Counted from the stretch's first letter, positions 10,801-19,591 are shown. The stretch is DNA of 64,000 bases from Phycisphaerales bacterium (GCA_039679715.1 JBDKUM010000239.1:32060-96059); one strand, 5' to 3'. Program-made: numbers and translations. The notes: generated by a model not told the origin, from the sequence alone.

Positions 10801-12511
10801 ATATATAAAAAACAAAGATTACCAGAACGCATGGAATATATTTACAGAGCAATGTCAGGAAACTGATTACCAAACACGAGGATTTAAAGGCTTTAAATTG
10901 CAAATGGAACCCCAGCATCGATTAGATTCTGCGTTTCTCTGGGAGAAGCAGGATTTTCTTAAACTTAAGCCTGTAAATGCTTTTTTGCAAAATGATAAAA
11001 TCGCATTAATAACTGAAAAAGATACTGATCAATGGACGATCACTTTTGTTCAGCAAAACGGCAAATGGAAAATTGATTGGATAGCTGGTTATGCTCCTGC
11101 TGTTATTCAAAATTGGGAAGATAAAGTCTTGCCTGATATGCAAAAATATGAAAGTAAGCATTTTGACATTTATTACAAGAAAGACGCTTTAGCTGAAAAA
11201 GATATTGAAAGTATTTCTGTAAATCGTGATCAGGCTCTTGAGAAAATATGTGAATTCCTGGGAACGAAATTTGATAAACGTATCAAATTAATTTTCTTTG
11301 AGGATGCGAATACGAAAATGGTTATGACCGGTCATCAAGGTGATGGGTGGTCTTACGATCTTACAATTGTTGAGGTTTACAATAAAACTACTCAATTAGA
11401 TCCTTTTACTTCAACCAGTTATATCGTTAAAAGTTATCTCGGTGATCCGCCTGCATTGTTCAACTACGGTTTTTCATTATATATGGTAGAGCAACTTGGC
11501 CAAAAGCCCCTAAAATATTTAGGCGGCGACGACCTATCATTGCATCAAAGAGTAAAACAGCTTAAAAAAGAAGGCAATTGGATACAGCTACAAGAGCTGA
11601 TAGCTTTTAGTGATATTGGCCCATGTGAGAGCCAGCCAACAATTTCTTATGCTGAAGCAGGCTCATTTACGAAGTTCCTGATTGATAATTTTGGTCAGGC
11701 TAAATTCCTCCAGGCCTATCAGCAGCTAAAAAATTCAGATGATAAAACTATCCAGCAGCAAAATATAAAAAAGCTTGAGCAAATATATAATGCTTCATTA
11801 AGTGAACTTGATAACCAATGGCAAACTGCTATTGGCATTGAACGGCATGTGCAAAAAGAACCGATGAAGAAATCTTCTCAAACCGTAAACGGTTACGCAA
11901 TTAGCTCAACCTTTACGGATGAAAAGCCAATAATTGATATTGAGGCAAGATTTGTCTTTGTGAATGAAAATTTTCTTGCGAATATAAAGGATGCTAATTT
12001 CACAATAGATGTAAATAATGGCAGCATATTAAATGAAAATCAATCCGCCTATTTGCTTAGCAAAATACGAAACAGCAATGATGCAAATCTGCTCACAGCT
12101 CCGAAAGTAACTGTTAATGATGGAGAAACTGCGAATATAAGTGTTATTCGAGAAACAGCTTATATTTCGGATTACAATGAAACTTCTTCTGAACCATCGC
12201 CCGATATAAAATATTTGCAAACAGGTCTAATTATGAAGGTCTCTCCGAAATTGCAAGATAGAGAGCTTGTAAGATTGGATTTGAATTTTGAATATACAGA
12301 TGTGAATTTAGAAAATAAGAAATTATATAAAGAAAAATATGAGTATATAGTTCCTGAAACAAAGAAAACAACTATTTCAAACAAGGTTACATTATACAAT
12401 GGTCAGACGATTTTTTTAGGTGCTAAGAAAGTAAAAATCAAAGATGACTTAAAAGATATCCTGATTTTAATAAAAGCGCAGAAAGTTACACCGCCGAAAT
12501 TAAATGTTTAA
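4826..12511 (+). CDS. Giant M56/BlaR1-family membrane metalloprotease-type signal transducer with a roughly 2200-aa multidomain extracytoplasmic extension
   Basis: N-terminal TM helices plus HELAH (nt 5507-5521) followed by KRCDY...HPAVWW, which is the M56 core. A further TM lies near 5850-5930, then a long soluble region (see findings). The ATG at 4826 has an AGGAG RBS, and the track GTG at 4805 is in frame. The reading frame is uninterrupted to 12511. Confidence 0.8.
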   Translation: MQTLQNILSQQNIQTIGWTLINFIWQGTLIAFLLAIVLKFLRNKTSNTRYAIAFLALAIMIFAPIFTYRMIYHIPVAGVDSEKLANHQVQIIEPMKVVKLDLPQDNIKPVAPVKKTITEKFIQATETFLPHIVLCWLVGVIILSVWHLGGWMQLQKLRKQMISPVADEIKNKLLHLSKILGINKAVNIFQSVLVNVPAVIGHFKPVILLPASALTGLSSRQIDAILAHELAHIKRCDYLINILQTVVEILGFYHPAVWWVSNKIRQERENCCDDIAVQITGDEISYAHALTTMEEIRFLATENTETTEDINNKKLAVAASGGNLFQRIKRLVTKNSHENEKAGWLPSAITFVLIAALLIPMSLTLISCNQEKIVQHEMNQKLSKLDIDTATREDVIKVFGEPEKYMWGNEKVGTFQYYQKDNLPDKYVMFYPNDFRIFIANNQIVEFRFEGQSDYVFDGELVVGSSLEKVIKVLGEPNEILDGEKIEFKDNVLYKNIQDKPKGIGYYAVPQKHVRIWLNNDEVRAIYVTRSDYSDGGPFNKKLKDSELPKGSTIDAKGHIVDKIDYPFVNDPEVLGGWEAVDFVNDINNFKPGKRSWDGDLFLKELFFLDEGKTNWAFSWTKGLLLHSGDKTASKYIIKEINGSKYMFMEWKSGDYTIRHMKPSYYVLKKVEDSNVAEVPPHPTRPKEPPPPPRPYDPPTREMVVYEVNKSVSDFPADDFSTPQAAYAAINKVSANGDSDGWQRVSVKKLAQSLAAEKKNGKMKTDPEWSQVLLNAKINEVRIWNNKKAIVMAELPQSFCSKKIKAPIDVRWLEFENNKWLNSGNDRTWTIEEARAKFDNSFNDNTQEPDRTNQQKISDEKLNKIFNKPDEVIVQAKELFEKIKNADYVKFLNYYNDGQWKADEWQKWPTIGYYMVHTAYPDFVLWTCRTFKDNPIVNVELGEVYKGDRIIIGKTGWPTVPYKITLKDGSFIQGDLPFEYNFDGGKGHWHGMEGIDWHLQDDPIKKAPSIEDEVEQLTKNAEDFYKQVIKKKSEFKNNKDAIALQKLTKKELEKLDQKFETQIEPALKQLPVEQQKNLNVQLDKMVAAMKQLSEQLKELPSEDVVLQSADSNSPNDAITSAFNEFIKAVQINDNQAITRIAVRQANAYNFIEPQRLNAINSLQRDAMALTSYKGFENLTIASIQDDNQTKLKNVITSGVVDVRGIRGRLSFGFSMKDKPILETIHFVEDNGKQILLRPQVLISARIVSVPQNWPRLKEVTAPDKFFTPEELKQLLSEIQNVDKAKVLAAPRVLLNDGEEGLITTKNVEFKVKCNVSQGRQVITGDYNLKYVCRNSIGTISSKITMSSNMAAAIKGKTIYDGNELILIVQPKVLEAGEKLETGVAAENNSVPQKETTFGPRRPTGNCSISGKAVSAETNEPVANARMYLFCNETHDAIFINTATDGTFEFQNIPSGSFTLRSSHVAGYQDCVYDPENKSVEWPPFSLKDGEQRKNLIFKLKPAYSISGKILDENGRVPAEGFEVLAWLKKDGQKYDVINNRINSKDGTFLIDGLEGTPVYVMAINWQAEVDGNAYPPIYYPGTFSRDEAKLITFDNEKEIKNIEIKLKKNGGIVLEGTVTDEKGQPVSQAFVVVHHSDMLVDFSAAYTDQNGKYKIEALGPGNFLAHVDAVHKGYVRMRIPLEIKAADKEINMNFKLNRGVSISGKFVDENGNEWKNLNGYGNVYVSNKSVKDSNSDVSSFSLTNFRNKYRPKSNERSGGYFALGEGDYNNGEMIFPTSSTFILQGIMPGKTKISFEPKEKGSSAKEILYNGQNIKDTGLETNPGQEIKDVTIVIGKEDTKQKTEKNISDNFEILDVNFEPIHQGKNIVWITVKNTADKEQFFSVNVYSRSVDYGQGGVGWGTSFREKFDAEQTKKLQYFYKIQGPITKNTYTRLSFYKVNSLSFDDDKDAKAFAVKQYSINDLKIAAENKPSIKASKQQFDAVAKTLAQMQEYIKNKDYQNAWNIFTEQCQETDYQTRGFKGFKLQMEPQHRLDSAFLWEKQDFLKLKPVNAFLQNDKIALITEKDTDQWTITFVQQNGKWKIDWIAGYAPAVIQNWEDKVLPDMQKYESKHFDIYYKKDALAEKDIESISVNRDQALEKICEFLGTKFDKRIKLIFFEDANTKMVMTGHQGDGWSYDLTIVEVYNKTTQLDPFTSTSYIVKSYLGDPPALFNYGFSLYMVEQLGQKPLKYLGGDDLSLHQRVKQLKKEGNWIQLQELIAFSDIGPCESQPTISYAEAGSFTKFLIDNFGQAKFLQAYQQLKNSDDKTIQQQNIKKLEQIYNASLSELDNQWQTAIGIERHVQKEPMKKSSQTVNGYAISSTFTDEKPIIDIEARFVFVNENFLANIKDANFTIDVNNGSILNENQSAYLLSKIRNSNDANLLTAPKVTVNDGETANISVIRETAYISDYNETSSEPSPDIKYLQTGLIMKVSPKLQDRELVRLDLNFEYTDVNLENKKLYKEKYEYIVPETKKTTISNKVTLYNGQTIFLGAKKVKIKDDLKDILILIKAQKVTPPKLNV
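5724..5750 (+). repeat. In-frame tandem 9-nt repeat x3 (CCACAGAGA ACACAGAGA CCACAGAGG)
   Basis: Read directly. It encodes TENTETTE just after the M56 domain. Confidence 0.8.
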
Positions 12512-14304
12512 TCGCTTGTGTCCAAAATGCTCATAAAGGCTTTTTGCGGGATTTCAACGTTGCCGATGTTCTTCATTCGCTTTTTGCCTTCTTTTTGTTT
12601 TTTCAAGACTTTCATTTTTCGCGTAACGTCGCCGCCGTAAAGCTTGGCCGTAACGTCTTTTCTGAATGCCTTGATTGATTCACGTGCGATGATCTTTCCG
12701 CCTATTGCCGCCTGCAATGGAATTTCAAATTGATGCCTTGGAATTGCTTTACGCAATTTAAGCAGCAGTTTTCTGCCGCGTGCTTCCGCGTTAGAGCGGT
12801 GTACAATCAAACTCAACGCGTCGACCACATCTTTGTTTATGAGAATATCTATTTTGACAAGGTCAGCGGCTTCAAATCCCAGAAGCTCGTAATCCATTGT
12901 CGCATAACCTTTACTGATGCCTTTTAGCTGATCATAAAAATCATAAACGATTTCAGCAAGCGGTGCACGAAATACCATCATCACACGCGTAACGCTTATA
13001 TAATCGGTTTTCTGCAGAACGCATCTTCGCTGCTCGGCAAGCTGCATAATTCCGCCAATACTATCTTTAGGCGTAATGATTTCAAGTTTAACAATCGGCT
13101 CGCGCAGCTCTTCAATTTTTGTAACATCAGGAAGCTGGCTAGGCGAATCAACTTTTAGAACTTCGCCGTCTGTGGTCAAAACTTCATAAGTTACCGTAGG
13201 CGCTGTCTGCACAACTTCAATATCGTTTTCGCGTTCAAGCCGCTCCTGAATTATTTCCATGTGCAGCATACCCAAAAATCCGCAGCGGAAACCGAATCCA
13301 AGAGCAGGACTGTTTTGCGGGAAATATGAAAAGCTTGCGTCATTGAGCGAAAGCTTTTCAAAAGCTGTACGGAGGTCTGTATATTCAGTATTATTGCCGG
13401 GATAAAAATCGCTGAAAACCATCTGCTGTGGTTTTTTATATCCGGGCAGCGGTATTTCCGCAGGATCGCTAAGCAACGTTATCGTATCGCCGATCGTTAC
13501 ATCCGAAAGATTCCTGATGTTGGCGATTACATAACCTACTTCGCCCGCTCCCAGCGAATTAGTTTTTTTCATAGATGGCGTGAATTTGCCAAGTTCAGTG
13601 ATAAGATACGGACGCGCCGTTCCCATCATTTTTATTTTCTGCCCGGGTTCCAAAGTACCTGAAAAAACTCTGACGTAACAAATAACGCCGCGGTAATCAT
13701 CGAAATGACTATCGAAGATAAGAGCTTTAATGTGCTTATCGGGATCCGGTTTTGGCGGCGGCATTAGCATCGTAATCGCGTTAAGCAGTTCATCAATACC
13801 TATGCCGCTCTTTGCGCTGATTTTAAAACATTCATTCCGGCTGATGCCAAGCGTATGTTCGATCTCCTCCGCTACAACATCTGCCTGTGCGGCAGGTAAA
13901 TCAATTTTATTAATAACCGGAATAATTTCCAGTCCGCAATCAACCGCCAGATACGCATTTGCGAGGGTCTGTGCTTCGACACCTTGTGTCGCATCGACAA
14001 CGAGCAGCGCACCTTCGCAAGCTTTCATTGAGCGTGAAACTTCATAATGAAAATCAACGTGCCCCGGCGTGTCTATAAGATTAAGCATATAATCTTTATC
14101 TTCATGATGAAAATTCATCGTAACGGCAGACGCTTTTACAGTAATGCCGCGTTCACGTTCAATGTCCATGCTGTCGAGCATTTGATCTTTGAACTCGCGC
14201 TTACTGACAGTGCCCGTCATGAGCAGCAGCCTATCAGCCAATGTGCTTTTGCCGTGGTCTATATGTGCTATAATGCAGAAGTTTCGTATATTTTCTATAT
14301 TCAT
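12508..14304 (-). CDS. lepA: Translation elongation factor 4 (LepA)
   Basis: NFCIIAHIDHGKSTLADRLL, DTPGHVDF, NKID G-domain motifs, and the LepA-specific C-terminal region (KLYGGDVTRKMKVLKKQKEGKKRMK). Confidence 0.95.
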   Translation of the reverse strand: MNIENIRNFCIIAHIDHGKSTLADRLLLMTGTVSKREFKDQMLDSMDIERERGITVKASAVTMNFHHEDKDYMLNLIDTPGHVDFHYEVSRSMKACEGALLVVDATQGVEAQTLANAYLAVDCGLEIIPVINKIDLPAAQADVVAEEIEHTLGISRNECFKISAKSGIGIDELLNAITMLMPPPKPDPDKHIKALIFDSHFDDYRGVICYVRVFSGTLEPGQKIKMMGTARPYLITELGKFTPSMKKTNSLGAGEVGYVIANIRNLSDVTIGDTITLLSDPAEIPLPGYKKPQQMVFSDFYPGNNTEYTDLRTAFEKLSLNDASFSYFPQNSPALGFGFRCGFLGMLHMEIIQERLERENDIEVVQTAPTVTYEVLTTDGEVLKVDSPSQLPDVTKIEELREPIVKLEIITPKDSIGGIMQLAEQRRCVLQKTDYISVTRVMMVFRAPLAEIVYDFYDQLKGISKGYATMDYELLGFEAADLVKIDILINKDVVDALSLIVHRSNAEARGRKLLLKLRKAIPRHQFEIPLQAAIGGKIIARESIKAFRKDVTAKLYGGDVTRKMKVLKKQKEGKKRMKNIGNVEIPQKAFMSILDTSD

Positions 14305-14435
14305 TTGTCTCTTTATGAAAAATCGGAAAAGCTATTATAGCTTTTTGTATTATCAAAGCAATATTGCTCTTTGAAGTAGTATAAGTATTTATTTCAACTG
14401 ATACGTGTTTGTTCGCTGAAACTTAAAATAAATAG

Positions 14436-15560
14436 TTAATCAGTTTCAGCAAAGTCGCTTAAAACGGTATCTGCAATCGGAAGGGCACTTCTTGTTAAAC
14501 TTAGTCGATTATCTTTTATTTGCAGGAGATTTGCTTTTAAGTTTTTCTCCATTGAATTTTTGAAGATTTTGAAAATATCATAACCCGTTTTTTGCTGGTA
14601 TTCGTTTAAGTCAATACCTTTTACCAATCTAAGACCCAGAACAGCCGTTTGGCAGGCCTTTTCGATTTCAGAAATTACAGTTTTTTCTGCCTTTTTATCT
14701 TTTTGCTCGATGTATTTATTTATATCGTTAATGTTTTCATATCTTAAACCTTCGATATATCCGCATGCAGCAGGGCCAATGCCAATGTAATAATCATTTT
14801 GCCAGTAAGTAATATTGTGTTTGCATTCAAAGCCGGGTTTGGCGAAATTTGAAATCTCATATTGCTCAATTCCCGCCCCGGCAAGCACGTCGATTGTCAT
14901 TTCATACATCTGCCGGTCTTCTTCTTCGCTGACAACATTTACTTTGCCCGCTGCCCTGATTTTTTCCAGCGGCGTATCTGTTTCATATGTCAAACTATAT
15001 GCGCTTATATGCTGAACATCGGTTTTAATTGCAGTTTCCAAATTCTGCTTCCATTTTTCAAGATTTGAACCGGGAACAGCAAATATCAAATCAATACTTA
15101 TATTTTTAAAGCCGATTTGTTTGCATATCCCTATCGTTTCAAGAGCCTGTTTAGTTTTATATCTTCTGCCGAGAAAAACAAGCTCATCATCATGAAATGA
15201 TTGAATACCGATGGATATTCGATTTACGCCGGTTTCAAAAAGTTTTCGCAGGAAATTTTCATCGACATCAGCAGGATTAATTTCGATTGTAAATTCTTCT
15301 GCCTTGCCTGTTATTTTCTGTACTTCGGATAAAAATCCACAAAGAGCAGCGCAGCCGATGGAGGCAGGGCTTCCGCCGCCGATGTACAAGGTTTTTATTG
15401 GTTTGCTGAAATTAGAATTTGTCAATTCCTCGATTTCAGAATCTAAAAGTTTTTGAATATCAAATTGTCCCGGCGGTTTCGAATAAAAGCCACAATACAA
15501 ACATTTTGATTTGCAAAATGGGATGTGAACGTAAACGGATTTTGGGAATCTTTCAATCAT
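14436..15560 (-). CDS. hemW: Radical SAM heme chaperone HemW (HemN-like, oxygen-independent coproporphyrinogen oxidase family)
   Basis: VYVHIPFCKSKCLYCGF CxxxCxxC motif, then the HemN-like core. I prefer the start at 15560 (MIERF...) because a GGAG lies 9 nt upstream. The track start at 15614 is in frame. Confidence 0.8.
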   Translation of the reverse strand: MIERFPKSVYVHIPFCKSKCLYCGFYSKPPGQFDIQKLLDSEIEELTNSNFSKPIKTLYIGGGSPASIGCAALCGFLSEVQKITGKAEEFTIEINPADVDENFLRKLFETGVNRISIGIQSFHDDELVFLGRRYKTKQALETIGICKQIGFKNISIDLIFAVPGSNLEKWKQNLETAIKTDVQHISAYSLTYETDTPLEKIRAAGKVNVVSEEEDRQMYEMTIDVLAGAGIEQYEISNFAKPGFECKHNITYWQNDYYIGIGPAACGYIEGLRYENINDINKYIEQKDKKAEKTVISEIEKACQTAVLGLRLVKGIDLNEYQQKTGYDIFKIFKNSMEKNLKANLLQIKDNRLSLTRSALPIADTVLSDFAETD

Positions 15561-15620
15561 AATGGGAATCTCCATTATTTTAACGGCTAAGGCAGGATTG
15601 TGCAAGATACTCAAAGTAAT

Positions 15621-16538
15621 TTAATAATATTGTTCGACTACCTGTCTTGTAGCTTGCGGATTATTCGAAGTTATGCCCATGACGCCTTTACCTATTTCTG
15701 CCTGCACATCTGCAGTACCGTCTACCGTCCAAGCCCATGCCTTAAGGCCTACAGAATGAATTTTATTCACATTATCTTGAGTTGTTCCTTTACGAGATAT
15801 ATCTGCAATGCTAATACCATTAACCGCTAAACTTACCAATTTGGAATCGTCGAGAGCACTTGATTTGAGAAAACCTAATTCTATATCCGGAGCTATTGCA
15901 TGAAGCGCGAGCAGAAAAGATTCGGTAAATGAAATAACTATAACCTTATCACGTACACCCATCGCATCGAGTAAATCGAGGTATTGTTGAGCTGTCCCTC
16001 CTTTTTGTTCAATGACAGGAGTCATATCAGGAAGGATAGCGTTAATAGATTCCTCAAGAGTTGGAATTCTTTCACCTGCAAATGCTGCCGATTTCGATGA
16101 ACCGGCATCAAGCTGTTTTAATTCCGCCAGTGTAAAATTGTATATATAGCCCGTGCCATCGGTTGTTCTTACCACATTTGCGTCGTGCATTACGACCAAT
16201 ACTCCGTCAGCAGACGAATGTACATCCAGTTCAACCATGTCGGCATAACCTCGAGCGAGGTTAAAAGCGGCCAGCGTGTTTTCAGGTGCTATCGATGAAA
16301 AACCTCTATGTGCGGCGATCTTTGCTTTGTTAAGCCTTTGACAGTTTTGTTCTAAAGGGTTTGAACACACAAGCCATTGTTCACAGAATTTTGCAAAATC
16401 TTTTATATTTACAACGCAATCCTTATTAAAGTCCATTTGCGCATATCCCCAATCGCCGCATTCAGAATACGCGCCGGCGTTAAACATCAATAAGAATACT
16501 AATAGAGTTAAATACTGGCCGAATTGAAATTTATTCAT
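15621..16538 (-). CDS. Secreted glycerophosphodiester phosphodiesterase (GDPD) with dockerin-like N-terminal segment
   Basis: Signal peptide, DFNKDCVVNIKDFAKF dockerin/EF-hand-like stretch, then IAAHRGFSSIAPENTLAAF...ELDVHSSADGVLVVMHD, the GDPD catalytic motifs. Confidence 0.8.
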   Translation of the reverse strand: MNKFQFGQYLTLLVFLLMFNAGAYSECGDWGYAQMDFNKDCVVNIKDFAKFCEQWLVCSNPLEQNCQRLNKAKIAAHRGFSSIAPENTLAAFNLARGYADMVELDVHSSADGVLVVMHDANVVRTTDGTGYIYNFTLAELKQLDAGSSKSAAFAGERIPTLEESINAILPDMTPVIEQKGGTAQQYLDLLDAMGVRDKVIVISFTESFLLALHAIAPDIELGFLKSSALDDSKLVSLAVNGISIADISRKGTTQDNVNKIHSVGLKAWAWTVDGTADVQAEIGKGVMGITSNNPQATRQVVEQYY

Positions 16539-16676
16539 CGTTCCTCCTTACCTGTAAAATTTTAATCTTTAAGACAATAATACCAATAAAGGTATAAAAA
16601 AGCAAGTATTTTATTGATGAAATAGATCCAGGAAATGCCTATAAAAGTTCGGCCATTTAAAGCCGTCTTTTAAAAA

Positions 16677-16752
16677 TGGGTGAGAGACGGGGTTCGAACC
16701 CGCGACCCTTAGAACCACAATCTAATGCTCTACCAGCTGAGCTACTCCCACC
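16677..16752 (-). tRNA. tRNA-His (anticodon GTG)
   Basis: The reverse complement folds as a cloverleaf: G-1 + GTGGGAG acceptor, GCTC/GAGC D stem, TTAGA-TTGTGGT-TCTAA anticodon arm, GCGGG-TTCGAAC-CCCGT T arm, CTCTCAC + C73. The extra 5' G pairing with C73 is His-specific. Confidence 0.9.
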
Positions 16753-16758
16753 GTCGAA

Positions 16759-16784
16759 ATTTAAGATTTAATATTTTAAATTTT
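16759..16784. repeat. AT-only intergenic repeat, core ATTTAARATTTAATATTTTAWATTT (copy a)
   Basis: ATTTAAGATTTAATATTTTAAATTTT, next to tRNA-His. Near-identical cores occur at 43308, 45442 and 49300. Confidence 0.7.
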
Positions 16785-16870
16785 AAATTTGTCAAATAAA
16801 AGGGTGTGCCAGTTTTTTTACCAACACACCCTTATTTTAGTCATTTGACAGCAATCTGTCAATAATTAAG

Positions 16871-19591
16871 CTATTTGCTCTTTTTCGCAGCTTTTTTGGC
16901 TTTTGGAGCATTCTTTTCAGCGATAACAGCTTGTGCAGCGGCCAATCTTGCGATTGGAACTCTATACGGTGAGCAGGAAACGTAGTTCATGCCAACTCTA
17001 TGGCAGAACTTAACGCTTTCAGATTCGCCGCCATGTTCGCCGCAGATACCGACCTTAAGGTCTTTGCGTGTTGAACGGCCTTTTTCAATTGCCATCTTAA
17101 CGAGCATTCCAACGCCATCCTGATCCAGACTCTGGAATGGGTCAGCCTTGAAGATTCCCTTGCCACCTTCTTTTTCATTTGCAACGTAAAGCGGCAGGAA
17201 TCTGCCCGCGTCGTCACGTGAAAGGCCAAGCGTCATCTGTGTCAAATCGTTTGTACCGCATGAGAAGAATTCAGCGACTTCCGCTATCCTGTCAGCGAGT
17301 AATGCGGCACGCGGAATTTCAATCATTGTACCAACCATATATTTGACTTTTGATTTCGCTTCTTTAATTAAACCATTAGCAATCGCGCGAGCCTGGTCAA
17401 CCTGAATTGAAAGCTCTTTCTTATCGATTGTCAAAGGAATCATGATTTCCGGCGATACCTTTACGCCTGCTTTAGCAACAGCTATCGCGGCTTTGATTAT
17501 CGCAGTTACCTGCATATCGAGAATTTCCGGATATGTGATGCAAAGTCTGCATCCGCGGTGACCGAGCATCGGGTTTGTTTCATGCAATTGTTCGCAGCGA
17601 TGTTTAATCTTATTAACAGCCATACCTGTAACTTTGCTTAATTTCTCAAAGCCTTCTTCATCTTTTGGCGTGAACTCATGCAATGGCGGGTCAATCAGAC
17701 GAATCGTAACTGGTTTGCCGTTCATTGCTGTGAAGATACCTTCGAAATCTTTTTGCTGAATCGGAAGCAGCTTATTCAAAGCGGCCTTGCGTACATCGAC
17801 TGTCTCGGCTACGATCATTTCCTGTATTGCAAGACGTCTTTCTTCTGTATCGAAGAACATGTGTTCAGTTCTGCAAAGACCGATACCTTCTGCACCCATC
17901 TTAATTGCGTTCTGGGCATCATAAGGTGTATCAGCATTTGTACGAACTTTAAGAGTACGAAGCTGATCAGCGAATTTCATAATTGTCTGATAAGCTGCCG
18001 GTTGTTCAGGCATTTGCAATGGAAGCTGACCTTCATAAACATCGCCTGTATTGCCGTCAAGTGTCAGGAAATCGCCTTGCTTGATTGTTTTACCGGCTAC
18101 TGTCATTTTCTTGCCTTCTGTGTCGATATCCAGTGCTTCGCAGCCAACAACGCAGCATTTACCCCAGCCGCGAGCAACTACAGCAGCGTGACTTGTCTTT
18201 CCGCCTGTGGCTGTCAAAATACCAACTGCAGCGTGCATACCGCCGACATCTTCCGGACTTGTTTCTTTTCTAACAAGCAGCACTTTTTCATTCAGCTCTG
18301 CCATTTCTTCAGCGTCGGCAGCGGTAAATACAACTTTACCCGATGCTGCGCCTGGAACAGCGTTAATGCCGGTTGCTAATTTTGTCGAAGATTTTGCCGC
18401 TTTTGCGTCGAGCTGCGGATAGAACAGTCTTTCGATATCTTCAGGTGTAATTCTTGCGACAGCTTGTTCTTTTGTAAGAAGTTTTTCTTTAACCATGTCA
18501 GCGGCAATTTGGAATACCGCAGCGGCTGTTCTCTTGCCTGTTCTGCACTGAAGCATGTACAACTTTTCTTCCTGAACTGTGAATTCCAAATCCTGCATAT
18601 CTTTGTAGTGTTTTTCAAGCTGCAAACGAACCTGGCACAATTGTTTGTAAGCCTTTGGTAAAAGCTTGCCGAGTTCAGCAAGTTTCATCGGTGTTCTGAT
18701 ACCTGCGACAACGTCTTCGCCTTGTGCGTTGATAAGGCAATCGCCGTAGAATAGGTTTTCGCCAGTGTTGGGGTCACGTGTGAAGCAAACGCCCGTACCG
18801 GATGAATCGCCCATATTTCCAAACACCATTGTCTGAACGTTAACAGCTGTACCTTTAAGATTGCTGATTTTTTCTACTCTTCTGTATGTAACAGCTTTAT
18901 CAGCTTCCCAGCTTCCGAATACTGCGCCGATAGCTCCCCAAAGTTGTTCATAAGGATCCTGCGGGAACTGCTGACCTTTCATTTTTTCTGAATAAAATTT
19001 CTTGAATTGTCCGCAAAGATCTTTCAGAGATTCTGCGTTTAATTCAGGGTCGGTCTTTACGCCGGCTTTTTTCTTTGCTTCTGACAGCATTTCTTCCATT
19101 GGCTCTTTTGAAAGACCCATAGCTGTTGTGCTGTACATCTGAATGAATCTGCGATAAGCGTCATAAGCGAATCTTGCATTTCCGGTTTTCTTTGCCAGAC
19201 CTTCGACCGATTTATCGTTCAAGCCGAGGTTCAGAATTGTTTCCATCATACCAGGCATCGAACGTGCCGCGCCTGAACGAACCGAGAAAAGCAGCGGGTC
19301 TTTAACATCGCCGAATTTTTTGCCCATCTGTTTTTCAACTTTCGCCATATTTTCGCGAACTTGTTTTTTCAGAGCTTCAGAAATTTTTCTGCCCTGTTTG
19401 TAATAACTTTCGCATTCGCCAACTGAAATTGTGAAACCCGGAGGTACCGGCAGACCAGCCGATGTCATATCAGCCAAACCTGCGCCTTTACCGCCAAGAA
19501 TCATTCTTCGTTCAGCGTCTGTCTTCGCGACTTTCATACCCTCGGCTGTTTTAGCGCCGAAGAAGAAAACAGTTTTTTCACTTTTAGCCAT
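16871..19591 (-). CDS. ppdK: Pyruvate, phosphate dikinase
   Basis: 906 aa. GGKGAGLADM ATP-grasp N-terminus, phosphohistidine loop GGKTSHAAVVARGWGKCCV, and C-terminal LCRTEHMF and GICGEHGG PEP-utilising motifs. Confidence 0.95.
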   Translation of the reverse strand: MAKSEKTVFFFGAKTAEGMKVAKTDAERRMILGGKGAGLADMTSAGLPVPPGFTISVGECESYYKQGRKISEALKKQVRENMAKVEKQMGKKFGDVKDPLLFSVRSGAARSMPGMMETILNLGLNDKSVEGLAKKTGNARFAYDAYRRFIQMYSTTAMGLSKEPMEEMLSEAKKKAGVKTDPELNAESLKDLCGQFKKFYSEKMKGQQFPQDPYEQLWGAIGAVFGSWEADKAVTYRRVEKISNLKGTAVNVQTMVFGNMGDSSGTGVCFTRDPNTGENLFYGDCLINAQGEDVVAGIRTPMKLAELGKLLPKAYKQLCQVRLQLEKHYKDMQDLEFTVQEEKLYMLQCRTGKRTAAAVFQIAADMVKEKLLTKEQAVARITPEDIERLFYPQLDAKAAKSSTKLATGINAVPGAASGKVVFTAADAEEMAELNEKVLLVRKETSPEDVGGMHAAVGILTATGGKTSHAAVVARGWGKCCVVGCEALDIDTEGKKMTVAGKTIKQGDFLTLDGNTGDVYEGQLPLQMPEQPAAYQTIMKFADQLRTLKVRTNADTPYDAQNAIKMGAEGIGLCRTEHMFFDTEERRLAIQEMIVAETVDVRKAALNKLLPIQQKDFEGIFTAMNGKPVTIRLIDPPLHEFTPKDEEGFEKLSKVTGMAVNKIKHRCEQLHETNPMLGHRGCRLCITYPEILDMQVTAIIKAAIAVAKAGVKVSPEIMIPLTIDKKELSIQVDQARAIANGLIKEAKSKVKYMVGTMIEIPRAALLADRIAEVAEFFSCGTNDLTQMTLGLSRDDAGRFLPLYVANEKEGGKGIFKADPFQSLDQDGVGMLVKMAIEKGRSTRKDLKVGICGEHGGESESVKFCHRVGMNYVSCSPYRVPIARLAAAQAVIAEKNAPKAKKAAKKSK

